Assembly (NCBI RefSeq): GCF_006345805.1
Contig: NC_043001.1
Coordinates: 68,386,001 to 68,450,000 of the forward strand
Length of the DNA stretch: 64,000 nucleotides
Reading direction: 5' to 3'
Source: Octopus sinensis
Taxonomy: Eukaryota
Part shown: positions 53,919-64,000 of the stretch, in pieces
Layout of the letters: every line of letters starts with the position of its first letter
How positions within the stretch are numbered: the stretch's first letter is position 1
Program-made: the position numbers and the translations under genes
Notes under the pieces: model-generated
The model's database searches: none
Told to the model about the DNA's origin: nothing
What the model saw: only the letters and a program-made list of their open reading frames with translations

Positions 53919-54840
53919 TCCTTTCTACTAAAGGCACAAGGCCTGAACTTTTGGGACAGGGAATTAATCGATTCCATCGACCGCAGTGTTTCACTGGTTC
54001 TTAATTTATCGGCCCCGAAATTATGAAAGATAAAGTCGATCTCAGCGGAATTTTAACTCACAACGCAAAGACAGGCGAAATATCACTAAGCATTCTCGCA
54101 GGTGTGCTAACGAGTCCACACGCGTGCTAACGATTCTGCCAGCTTGCTCCATTAATAATAATAATAATAATAATATAATAATAATAATAATAATAATAAT
54201 ATAATAATAATAATAATAATCTTTAATGTTAAAGGAACAAGGCGAGCAAGTTCAGGGGAGGCGATAAGAAGATTACATCGACCATGATCAACTGATACTT
54301 ATCTTGTCGACCCCAAAAAGAATGAAAAGCAAAGCCGATCTCAGTTGAATTTGAATTCAGAACCTGAAGACGGACGAAAGGCAGCTAACCAATTTGCCCG
54401 GGGTGCTAACGATTATGCCAGCTCACCACCTTAATAATAATAATTGCAATAATGATAATAATAATGATTTTAAACTTTGGTACAAGGCTAGAAATTTCGT
54501 GGTGAGGGTAAGTCGATTACGTCGACACCAATGCTCCCCCAAAGTATAAAAGCCAAAGAAAACCTCGGTGAAATTTGAACTCAGAACGTAAAGATGGACG
54601 AAATGACGCTAAGCATTTTACCTGGCGTTCAATTGATACTACCACCTCGTCGGCTTGATAACAACAACATCAACAACAATAACATTCATAATAATAATCG
54701 CTTCTACTATAGGCACAAGACCTGAAATTTGGGGCAGTGGGATAGTCGATTACATCGACCCCAGTTCTCAGGTGATACTTATTCTATCGATTTCGAAAGG
54801 ATGAAAGGCGAAGTCGACGGCGGTGAAATTTGAATTCAGA
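53919..54840 (-). mobile_element. Four co-oriented SINE family A copies separated by (AAT)n
   Basis: Copies at about 53919-54150, 54221-54430, 54466-54656 and 54698-54840, each with a different pattern of divergence. Confidence 0.85.
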
Positions 54841-54914
54841 GCAACAATTATAATAAAAATAAAGTTGAGGACAGTACTAAAGTGCACGGCTGTTCCTTGA
54901 GGAATACTATTAAA

Positions 54915-55370
54915 TCTCACCATCACTAACATGCACTAACATCATTATTGCAGTTACTGACACAACTATTAACACCATCATTGCTAACATTACTGCCACT
55001 AGTATCACTACGACGACGACCACCATGAACACCGCCACGACGACGACGACGACCACGGCCACGACGAAAAGCACCACCCCAACCACCACTACACAATGAC
55101 AACTATTACAACCAGCACCTCCAACAACCCTTCCCAGGGCTATCATCATTACTAATAGCAACACTCGTACCACCACCACCACCACCACCACCACCATCAC
55201 AACTGCCACCACTGTCAACACCAAAATTTAACATATACTAACATCACCAGTACCACCATCAGGACAAGTAACACAACTACTTTCCTTAACACCAATACCA
55301 CTAACACCATCATGACCGCTAGCACCATCCTCGCCATCATTAGTACGAATATCGACATCATACCACACCG
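54915..55370. repeat. Cryptic (ACC/ACG/ATC) trinucleotide tract
   Basis: Direct observation. Confidence 0.85.
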
Positions 55371-55713
55371 ACAACAACTCAATATTAGTGTCCATCGTGT
55401 TTAAAATTCTTTATAACCATTCGTTAGCCTGTTGTGAAGTGAAGTTCTATCATTCAAAAGGTTATTCATAATGAATATATTATATTTAATGGCATATATA
55501 TCTATCAATCTGTCTTTGTGTCTTTCTGCCTTGGTATACTCTCTCACTCTCTCTCACTCTCTCTCACTCTCTCTCTCCCTCTCTCATTATTTGTGCACTC
55601 TATGTATGCAACATATAAACATAAACGCATATATATATACGTACTTGCATACATATATCATAAATAAAAATCACGCAAAACCCATGTGAGAGTTAGCTCA
55701 CAAGGGTTTTGCA

Positions 55714-55754
<41 letters not shown>

Positions 55755-55755
55755 C

Positions 55756-57918
55756 ATTAATCAATATAGGGTGGCAAGGAAAATTTTGTAGAATTTTATT
55801 GCCACCAGCGGCCCAGTGGGAAAAAATTAAATAGTCATAGACCATTTTTAAGTTCAACAATAACAATTAAGGAACGGCCATAATAGGCCATTCACCCACT
55901 AGAAATAACAGCCAAAGCTTCTACCGCAAATAAAGATTAATTCCGTAAACAGGAGAAAATTAAAAAACATTTACCCTGTAATTTCTTGTACGGTATAACG
56001 TTTCATCCGCTGTTTAATGGTAACTAACATGATTAATATTAAATCAAGCCAATCTTCCATAAGCCCTCGGATTCTTCAGCAAGAAATAGCTCAAGTCGGA
56101 ACAGATATTTACACGAGGCATACCAATCTTGCCAAGTTAATATCTGACCTAAAATTTTCAAATCGTCGTCGCACTCGCGCCAATTTATCGGCAGCAAATA
56201 AATATCAGCCGTCGATTCCATTACGGAATTAATAACCAAAAAATTCATAATTAATCATATAGGGTGGCAAGGAAAATTTTGTAGAATTTTATTGCCACCA
56301 GCGGCCCAGTGGGAAAAAATTAAATAGTCATAGACCATTTTTAGTTCAACAATAACAATAAGGAACGGCCATAATAGGCATTCACCACTAGAAATAACAG
56401 CCAAAGCTTCTAACCACGCAAATAAAGATTAATTCCGTAAACAGGAGAAAATTAAAAAAACATTTACCCTGTAATTTCTTGTACGGTATACCGTTTCATC
56501 CGCTGTTTCATGGTAAACTAACTGATTAAATTAAATCAAGCCAATCTTCCATAAGCCCTCGGATTCTTCAGCAAGAAATAGCTCAAGTCGAACAGATATT
56601 TACACGAGGCATACCCATCTTGCCAAGTTAATATCTGACCTAAAATTTTCAAATCGTCGCCTCGCGCCAATTTATCGGCAACAAATAAATATCAGCCGTC
56701 GATTCCATACGGAATTAACCAAAAAATTCATAATTAATCAATATAGGGTGGCAAGGAAAATTTTGTAGAATTTTATTGCCACCAGCGGCCCAGTGGGATG
56801 AAACGGTATACCGTACAAGAATTACAGGGTAAATGTTTTTTTAATTCTTTCTGTTTACGGAATTAATCTTTATTTGCGGTAGAAGCTTTGCTGTTATTTC
56901 TAGTGGGTGAATGGCTATTATGGCCGTTCCGTAATTGTTATTGTTGAACTTAAAAATGGTCTATGACTATTTAATTTTTTCCCACTGGGCCGCTGGTGGC
57001 AATAAAATTCTACAAAATTTTCCTTGCACCCTATATTGATTAATTATGAATTTTTGGTTATTCCGTAATGGAATCGACGGCTGATATTTATTTGCTGCCG
57101 ATAAATTTGCGCGAGTGCGACGATTTGAAAATTTTAGGTCAGATATTAACTTGGCAAGATTGGGTATGCCTCGTTAAATATCTGTTCCGACTTGAGCTAT
57201 TTCTTGCTGAAGATCCGAGGGCTTATGGAAGATTGGCTTGATTTAATTTAATCATGTTAGTTTACCATTAAACAGCGGATGAAACGGTATACCGTACAAG
57301 AAATTACAGGGTAAATGTTTTTTTAATTTTCTCCTGTTTACGGAATTAATCTTTATTTGCGGTAGAAGCTTTGGCTGTTATTTCTAGTGGGTGAATGGCC
57401 TATTATGGCCGTTCCTTAATTGTTATTGTTGAACTTAAAAATGGTCTATGACTATTAATTTTTTCCCACTGGGCCGCTGGTGGCAATAAAATTCTACAAA
57501 ATTTTCCTTGCCACCCTATATTGATTAATTATGAATTTTTGGTTAATTCCGTAATGGAATCGACGGCTGATATTTATTTGCTGCCGATAAATTTTGCGCG
57601 AGTGCGACGATTTGAAAATTTTAGGTCAGATATTAACTTGGCAAGATTGGGTATTCCTCGTGTAAATATCTGTTCCGACTTGAGCTATTTCTCTGAAGAA
57701 TCCGAGGGCTTATGGAAGATTGGCTTGATTTAATTTAATCATGTTAGTTTACCACGCATTAAACAGCGGATGAAACGGTACCACCGTACAAGAAATTACA
57801 GGGTAAATGTTTTTTTAATTTTCTCCTGTTTACGGAATTAATCTTTATTTGCGTAGAAGCTTTGGCTGTTATTTCTAGTGGGTGAATGGCCTATTATGGC
57901 CGTTCCTTAATTGTTATT
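55756..57918. repeat. About 490-bp unit in a tandem plus fold-back array (A+ A+ a+ | a- A- a-)
   Basis: Unit starts ATTAATCAATATAGGGTGGCAAGG at 55756, 56250 and 56733. The strand switches at about 56797, and inverted units end at 57044, 57529 and about 57918. Confidence 0.92.
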
Positions 57919-57989
57919 ATTATACATACATATATATATATATATCCTTAAATCCTTAAAATCCTTTAAAATGTTTTAGCCCGAAGGCC

Positions 57990-58400
57990 GCGGCCAGGAC
58001 AATAAAACATCCGGACAGACAGATGATACAAAGGCAGACAGGAAAAACAACAATTAGAGGGGCAGGAAAAAAAGGACGGATTATTCGTGGTCTTCCTTCG
58101 TCAGTCAAGTTACCAGATGTCCTCACAGTTTCGGGCTGTTACACTTGAGACTGTTCAATCTCGTTACCTCCAAAGAAATCTAAGCTAAGAGCATTAGATC
58201 TTTTGTAAGTTGGGAAGCGAATGTGTACGACAACAAAGACAAAAGACGGAGGACATGTTACACAATTACAAATATAAACAACAAAAATATAACAACAGGT
58301 GTCTTTCGACTGAGGACGAATCAAATTAGCTGGTGTGCATAAAGTGAAAGCCTTAAGGCAGGAACATAGCAGATGGACATAAGAGATTTTGGCGGTCGGA
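57990..58400 (-). mobile_element. Penelope-terminal-like long module, diverged
   Basis: Shares CTAAGCTAAGAGCATTAGAT, GAATGTGTACGA and ACAACAGGTGTCTTTCGACT with 46411-46860. The minus strand carries CTGACGAAGG. Confidence 0.6.
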
Positions 58401-58574
58401 AGTCAGGCCAAGAAAGAAAGATCATGTGAAAGGAGGAGAGACAAGTAGAGGACAGTGGGATTGAAGGATTAGGGGAAGAACGGGAGAGAAAAAATCAAAG
58501 AGACAAAGGAAAGGTACAAGAGAGGGAAACAAAGAGTTAAAGAAAGAAAGGACCAAGAAATGTGAGATATGGTA

Positions 58575-58755
58575 GAGAGCTGGCAGAGAAATGCTTAGCG
58601 ATATTTCGTCTGCCGTTACGTTCTGAGTTCAAATTCCGACGAGGTCAACTTTGACTTTCATCCTTTAGGTGTCGATAAATTAAGTACCAGTTACGCACTG
58701 GGGTCCTTGTTTGTCCCCTCTTTGTTTAGCCCCTAGTGGGCAATAAAGAAATAAG
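58575..58755 (+). mobile_element. SINE family A copy with type-II (LINE-like) tail, internal deletion
   Basis: Core followed by TTTGTTTAGCCCCTAGTGGGCAATAAAGAAATAAG. Confidence 0.85.
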
Positions 58756-58962
58756 ATGTGAGATAGAGGATCCAGAAAAAAGTGGAAGAAAATATGAGGG
58801 CACTAAAACTTGGGAAATTTCGAACCTGGGTTCGAATAACGAAATCAAAAAGAGGTTATCTTCAAAAAACGAAAAACTAAAAAAATAAGGAACCGGTATT
58901 AAGGAAGGATAGGAAAATATTAGAATTAATATGCCCTAAACATTCACTCCATAATTGCCCAC

Positions 58963-59212
58963 GGGCATATGGCGTAGTGGTTAATAGCGCGGGTTACTAA
59001 TACCAAGATTCCGAGTTCGATTCCAGGCTGTGACCTCAATAATAATAATAATAATAATAACAACAACATTGAAAAATACCTTAGGAATGAGGCTGGAGGG
59101 TATATCAGCCGAAACATCGTGTAAACAACAAACAAGATGAGGACAAATATCCGTCAAATGTTAATAATATAAATAATATACATAATTCCTCAACTCGTAA
59201 TTATAGAACTGT
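58963..59212 (+). mobile_element. SINE family E: tRNA-like head, (AAT)n(AAC)n spacer, half-hammerhead remnant
   Basis: A box TGGCGTAGTGG (58970), B box GAGTTCGATTCC (59013), 6/7-bp acceptor stem, then ATGA-GGCTG-loop-CAGCC-GAAAC-ATC-GTGT (59087-59122). Confidence 0.65.
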
Positions 59213-59303
59213 TCTATAAACATAAAAATGGAACGAAATCGTAATAGGGGTCAATACACACACAAATATATATTGACATGTACATATATATGTACACACA
59301 CAA

Positions 59304-59341
<38 letters not shown>

Positions 59342-59459
59342 GTGGATGTGTACAGATATGTATATATATATATATATACGCACATACATATATTTATACA
59401 TATGTATATATATATATATGTGTGTGTGTGTGTATATGTGTTATATATATATATATATA

Positions 59460-59945
59460 AGGCCAACGGACGTCGCTATATATATTATATGTAGAAAAAT
59501 ACAAACTGGGACAAGAACGTAAAACATTTAGAAGACGATACAAAAAACACGGACGGGACGTTTGAAGCCTTCAATCTTCAGTCAAGAACCGGATCATCCT
59601 AGCAATTTCGGCTGATTAATCTTGAGATCGCTCCGATCCGGCCAGCCCCAGGAAAAACTAAGCTACGAGCATTAGATTTCTTGAAGAAGATCGAATGTAT
59701 ACGAAAAGGACAGAAAAACGGACGATGCCACACGAATATAAAATACAAAAAACAATATGGTAAAACAGGACAAAAACAGCGGGTGTCTTACGACTAATAA
59801 ACAGTACAACAAGTTTAGCTGGCGTATTTGGAAAAAAAATGCCTTTATCGGCAGACGAAGACAACGATGTTCTCACGGCTGGTCAAAATCAGCATTTTGG
59901 TCTCCGACCACTGCCGTGAGAACATCGTTCTCTTCGTCTGTCGAT
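59460..59945 (-). mobile_element. Penelope-terminal-like long module
   Basis: Homologous to 46411-46860. The minus strand reads CTGAAGATTGAAGGCTTCAAACGTC; it is flanked by (TA)n on the left. Confidence 0.6.
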
Positions 59946-61221
59946 AAAGGCATTTTTTATAACTTACCCCTAGTATAATCAGTACCTTCATCTTCCAGGA
60001 AATCACGCACACACACACACACACACGCACACACACTCATACACAACACACACACACACACACACACTCGTCAGCGGCCATAATGTTCATTTATGTCTAA
60101 TGTCACTTCTTATGATATATAATATAAGAATATATGGTATTATATGTTAAATGTACCTAAAGTTATTTTGTTTATTTTCTAAGCATGTAAAAAATATAAA
60201 ACCTTTCTTGTTTTATCAATTATTTTTTTCTTCATCGAAATCCTATGTAAAAACACTGCTGACGAAAAAAAGTCAAATATTCTTGTTAGAAAATTCCAAT
60301 TCATCATTCTTCTGCTTGTTGAAGACCAATAGATAAATACATAAATAAAGGACAATTTAGAAATTGGATGCTAGATACGATCTTGCACGATTGCCAAATG
60401 TTTCTTTTCCTAGAATTCCATCCAGATATTTCCAACCAAATGAAACTGCCAACTTCAGAGGAAACGTATGTGAAATACAAGACACTAAATCAACAAATCA
60501 AAGATTTCGAAGCATAAAGATAATTACTTAATTATTATTTTTCCGAACCGATTTCCTCTGACGACAATTCATTATCTAAAAAAATTTCGTTTGTTTTTTT
60601 TGTTTCCTTTTCCATTTTGATTTATCGCTCCCCTCTGAACGTGTTGTGTTTGTCTTTTACAGCACACATGCACACCTTCATACGCACATACACACAAATA
60701 TATAATATAGAAGTACATGGGAAAATCTAACATCTCCCCCGGGACTCGAATGCCGCATCTGCTGCAAATATTAACCCTTTGTTTAATAATTGAATGATGT
60801 AAGTTAAAATCACCGTTTTTTTTTTACAACATTTGTCTATTTATTAGCGAAGTCTGATATAAAATGATTTTTTGTTTTAATCTTGGAATTAAATGGTTTT
60901 GAAGTAGAAAACATGTGAGATATTTCCTATTAGAAATTTATTTGACAGAGAACCTTATAAGGCAAAATTTACATTTCGATGAAGCGTTTATATATAGTTA
61001 GTTATCAGGAGTTCTTTAGATAGTTAGTGGGAAGAAAATATATGCTTATACACACACACACACGCACACACACACGCACACACACACACGCACACACACA
61101 CACACAGATATATATATAATTTAAATAATGAGGGTGATAAATTGAATATTAATTTACTTAACATCAATTTAAAACTAGTAGCTTAGCATATAGAAAAATC
61201 TGAAAATTCAGAAAAATTGTA

Positions 61222-61400
61222 ATACATGCGTATAATAAGGGATAACCACTAAGTGGACACCTAATATGCTAGAAGAAGATCACCTACGATCTAACCACAA
61301 AGGAAAGAATGTTCTCTAGAGACATTCAGCAAACACCAGAATATAAGCGGGTAAGACAGATTGGATGTCCACTTAGTGGTCATCCCTTATTATACGCATG

Positions 61401-61403
<3 letters not shown>
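61222..61403. mobile_element. Hairpin MITE 1 (about 38-bp TIR)
   Basis: ATACATGCGTATAATAAGGGAT(A/G)ACCACTAAGTGGACA with one mismatch. Confidence 0.8.
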
Positions 61404-61431
<28 letters not shown>

Positions 61432-61568
61432 ATTCTATATATATATTTAGCAATGTAGGACAACTACTTAATAAGGAAAACTTAACAAGAAATTGTCAGG
61501 TAGATAGCGTGAAAGACCTCATAAGAGAAAAAATTTCGAAAATAATTATTTCTTATGAACATATATTA

Positions 61569-61775
61569 ATTTATATATAGAGGGCATTATACATACATGC
61601 CAGAGGGCATTATACATCTGCCACACACACGCTAAGAGGGACAATTAGTCATTTCTACTACCAAAAATCTTACTAATCCCACCGAATGCAATTTTCAAAG
61701 TAAGACATGACTAATTGTCCCTCTTACGTGTGGATGTATGTATAATGCCCTCTGGCATGTATGTATAATGCCCTC

Positions 61776-61786
<11 letters not shown>
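61569..61786. mobile_element. Hairpin MITE 2 (about 80-bp TIR containing a 22-bp direct repeat)
   Basis: ATTTATATATAGAGGGCATTATACATACATGCCAGAGGGCATTATACAT...TAAGAGGGACAATTAGTCAT and its inverse. Confidence 0.85.
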
Positions 61787-61807
<21 letters not shown>

Positions 61808-61809
<2 letters not shown>

Positions 61810-61994
61810 GTTAGGGTTCAGCAAAAAATTTACTTTACCACACACCGAAATAGCGGCCAAAGAATTTAGCTATTTCCCTAACTATAAGAAGAGTCTCCCA
61901 GACAATGTATACTCAAAAACAGCTAAATTCTTTGGTTGCTATTTCTAAAAGTTCGGTGTTTGGTAAAGTAAATTTTTTTGCTGAAACCTAATTA
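61808..61994. mobile_element. Hairpin MITE 3 (about 65-bp TIR)
   Basis: TAGTTAGGGTTCAGCAAAAAATTTACTTTACCACACACCGAA...CCAAAGAATTTAGCT and its inverse. Confidence 0.8.
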
Positions 61995-62699
61995 TATAAA
62001 ATAATGTTTAAATTTACCGTAAATGGTCCTTTTACATACTGAACACTGCTTGGCAAAATTATTAATTACTAATTAATTAATTTTACCCTTATTATTATTG
62101 ACAATATATATATATATATATGTATATGTACATGTATGTGTGTATATATGTATATATGTGTATGCATATGCATAATTGTGTGTGCACACTTGTTACTTAA
62201 TTCTCTCCCTCTACTATATTACTAGTTATATTTTTCTCCCAACAACTATCTAAAGAACTCCTGATAACGAACTATAGATAAACGCTCCATCCAAATGGAA
62301 ATTTTGCCTTATTAGGTTCTCTGTCTAAAGAATTTCTAATAGGAAATATCTTACATGTTTTCTACTTCACGTACAATTTTACAACTGCTTTTTGCAAACA
62401 AAACACGTGTAATGCTGAATAAATAATACCCAAAATTTTCCAATCTTCCGTTTTCATATATATACGAGGTAGTGCAAAAGTAGGTATACAGTCATGAAAA
62501 AAGAAAACATGTACAATACTCATTTATTTTTATCAAAAAAATTAAAAGTTAGGATAAAAGTATTATAGTTATGACAAATATATTATTATGATTATTGACT
62601 ATGAACATATCAAAAATGAAGCTAACAAATTAAATGTTCTAATAATTTTAATGAATTAAGTATTATAACATTGATGTGATACTTACTGTGTAGGCTTAA

Positions 62700-62995
62700 A
62701 ACCACGGTTAGACAGCGCTGGAGTCTTCTCTCCAGGGTACAGGCATGGGCATTTTTCGTGGAAGATCGGCAGTTTCCCATGCGACACGTCTCCCTTCTTC
62801 ACTGCCATCAGTGTTATCCAAGGAAAGGGCAGGGACCAGTACGATCTGGCACCAGTGGGGTTGTACGAGTTGTCTGAACGAGGTTGTCTGCAACCTCAAA
62901 CTGCCTTAGGAACTCCGGCTCCTGATTTATCCTTGGGATTTACTCCCAAGGCCTTCCTCTTAAGTGGGTATTGCCGCAAGGCAGCAGAGTTACTA
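62700..62995 (-). mobile_element. Probable RTE-type LINE 5' region or related SINE fragment
   Basis: GC-richer island with GGGATTTACTCCCAAGGCC...GTGGGTATTGCCGCAAGGCAGC, recalled from RTE 5' regions (not verified). Confidence 0.4.
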
Positions 62996-63606
62996 CTTAT
63001 CGTTGCTGTCTTTAGCGAGTAAGGGCTTAATAAGCTGCATAACTAGTAAAGACAATTGGTTATATGGATGGCCGTTGGCTCTACGGAGTTCATCCGCCCT
63101 TTGACAGGTCTTGTATTTAATCCTGCAAGGTGACCAAATAGCAAGAAAAGACACCTTCCTCACAGAGCAAGCTCAATCGGGTTGTCGGTGAACGGGATCA
63201 ATTTGGAAGTTAAGTATCTAGATAGTAAGTTAAAGAAAAGAAGAGAAAACAGCATGATTTCTTCAAAATGAAGTCACGCAAAGCTAGCAGAGGTTAGCTT
63301 TTGTCGTTTATGCATATAGTGATAAATATCTATGTTAGAAACAGAAACAATCTAGCGGAGAAAAAAAAAACAGATGTCCATCTAGCTGTTTGAAGATCGT
63401 CAGAGATAGTGACATAAGAACGAAGGAGAAGAGGCGAGAAAGAGAGTGAGAGGGAGAAATAGAAGGGATAAAGAAGGAGAGAAAGAGGGAGAGAGAGTGA
63501 GAGAGAGAGGAGGAGGATATTGCTCCTAACAGAAGCAAGCTGGAAGTTATAGGTATCTAGATAATGAGTTAGGGAAAAGAAGAGAAAACAGTATAATTTC
63601 TTAGCA

Positions 63607-64000
63607 CATCGTGGACAAACTCTCAAAGGCCTATCAGGAATTCAGCCTGACAATCAGTTTGAAGAAGACCCAAGTAATGGGTCAAAGTGTCAAGCACGCC
63701 TCCACTATCACCATCAACAACTACAAACTGGGGGTAGTCCATCAATTCACCTATCTCGGCTCTACCATCGCTGATGACCTCTCCCAGGACCCTGAGCCGA
63801 TCAGAAAAGCATCCTCCACATTTGCTAGGCTCACAAAGAGAGTCTGGGAAAACGAAAATCTGGCTGCAAGCACCAGTTATGAAGTCAGTTGAGGTGGACG
63901 TCCTGAGGTGGGAGGAGGTAGCAAATGATCGCCCATACTGGAAGCAATTACTGCGAAAGGGAATAAAGAGTGGAAGAAAAACAGGTACTCGCCATCACAG
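63607..64000 (+). mobile_element. RTE-clade LINE fragment (RT C-terminus, internally deleted)
   Basis: FSLTISLKKTQVM, VHQFTYLGSTI, RKASSTFARLTKRVWEN, then WEEVANDRPYWKQ. Confidence 0.88.

Larger units (their letters stand above)
60901..62368. mobile_element. Fold-back element with arms of at least 142 bp enclosing three hairpin MITEs
   Basis: 60901-61042 is the inverse of 62227-62368 (GAAGTAGAAAACATGT.AGATATTTCCTATTAGAAATT...). Confidence 0.85.

Noticed and set aside
54910-55370. Thr-rich or Val-rich mucin-like reading frames
   Set aside because: Cryptic trinucleotide repeat with stops and no splice or signal context.
55756-57918. CRISPR-like or regularly spaced array
   Set aside because: Units are about 490 bp whole-unit repeats with no unique spacers, and the context is eukaryotic.
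58963-59035. Functional tRNA gene
   Set aside because: The anticodon arm pairs poorly and the sequence continues into a repeat body, so it is treated as a SINE head.

Overview
AT-rich, microsatellite-saturated animal DNA. The repeat families suggest an Octopus-like cephalopod; this is an inference from recalled repeat sequences, not a search result. No intact host protein-coding gene, rRNA, functional tRNA or CRISPR array is visible. Nearly all long ORFs in the track are artefacts of (CA)n/(TA)n/(AAT)n repeats or fragments of decayed mobile elements. DNA transposons: a one-ended hAT (Buster/Charlie-type) element plus a related MITE, a full-length but disrupted mariner with both TIRs and TA TSD, a POGK-like pogo element, Helentron/DINE-like non-autonomous repeats, and several hairpin MITEs. 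Retroelements: a Penelope-like element (RT + GIY-YIG), three R4/Dong-type RLE fragments (two directly at (TAA)n arrays), L1/Tx1-type and RTE fragments, and over 20 SINE copies from about five families. The best leads are: (i) minimal hammerhead-ribozyme motifs in short Penelope-like modules, one with a complete core (46200-46234), two embedded in or beside the same SINE family, and a broken one behind a tRNA-like head; (ii) a SINE subfamily sharing its 3' tail with an L1/Tx1 LINE; (iii) a 1.47-kb nested hairpin structure; (iv) a 2.2-kb tandem plus fold-back array, which may be an assembly artefact; (v) a TALE-homeodomain site cluster in unique sequence.
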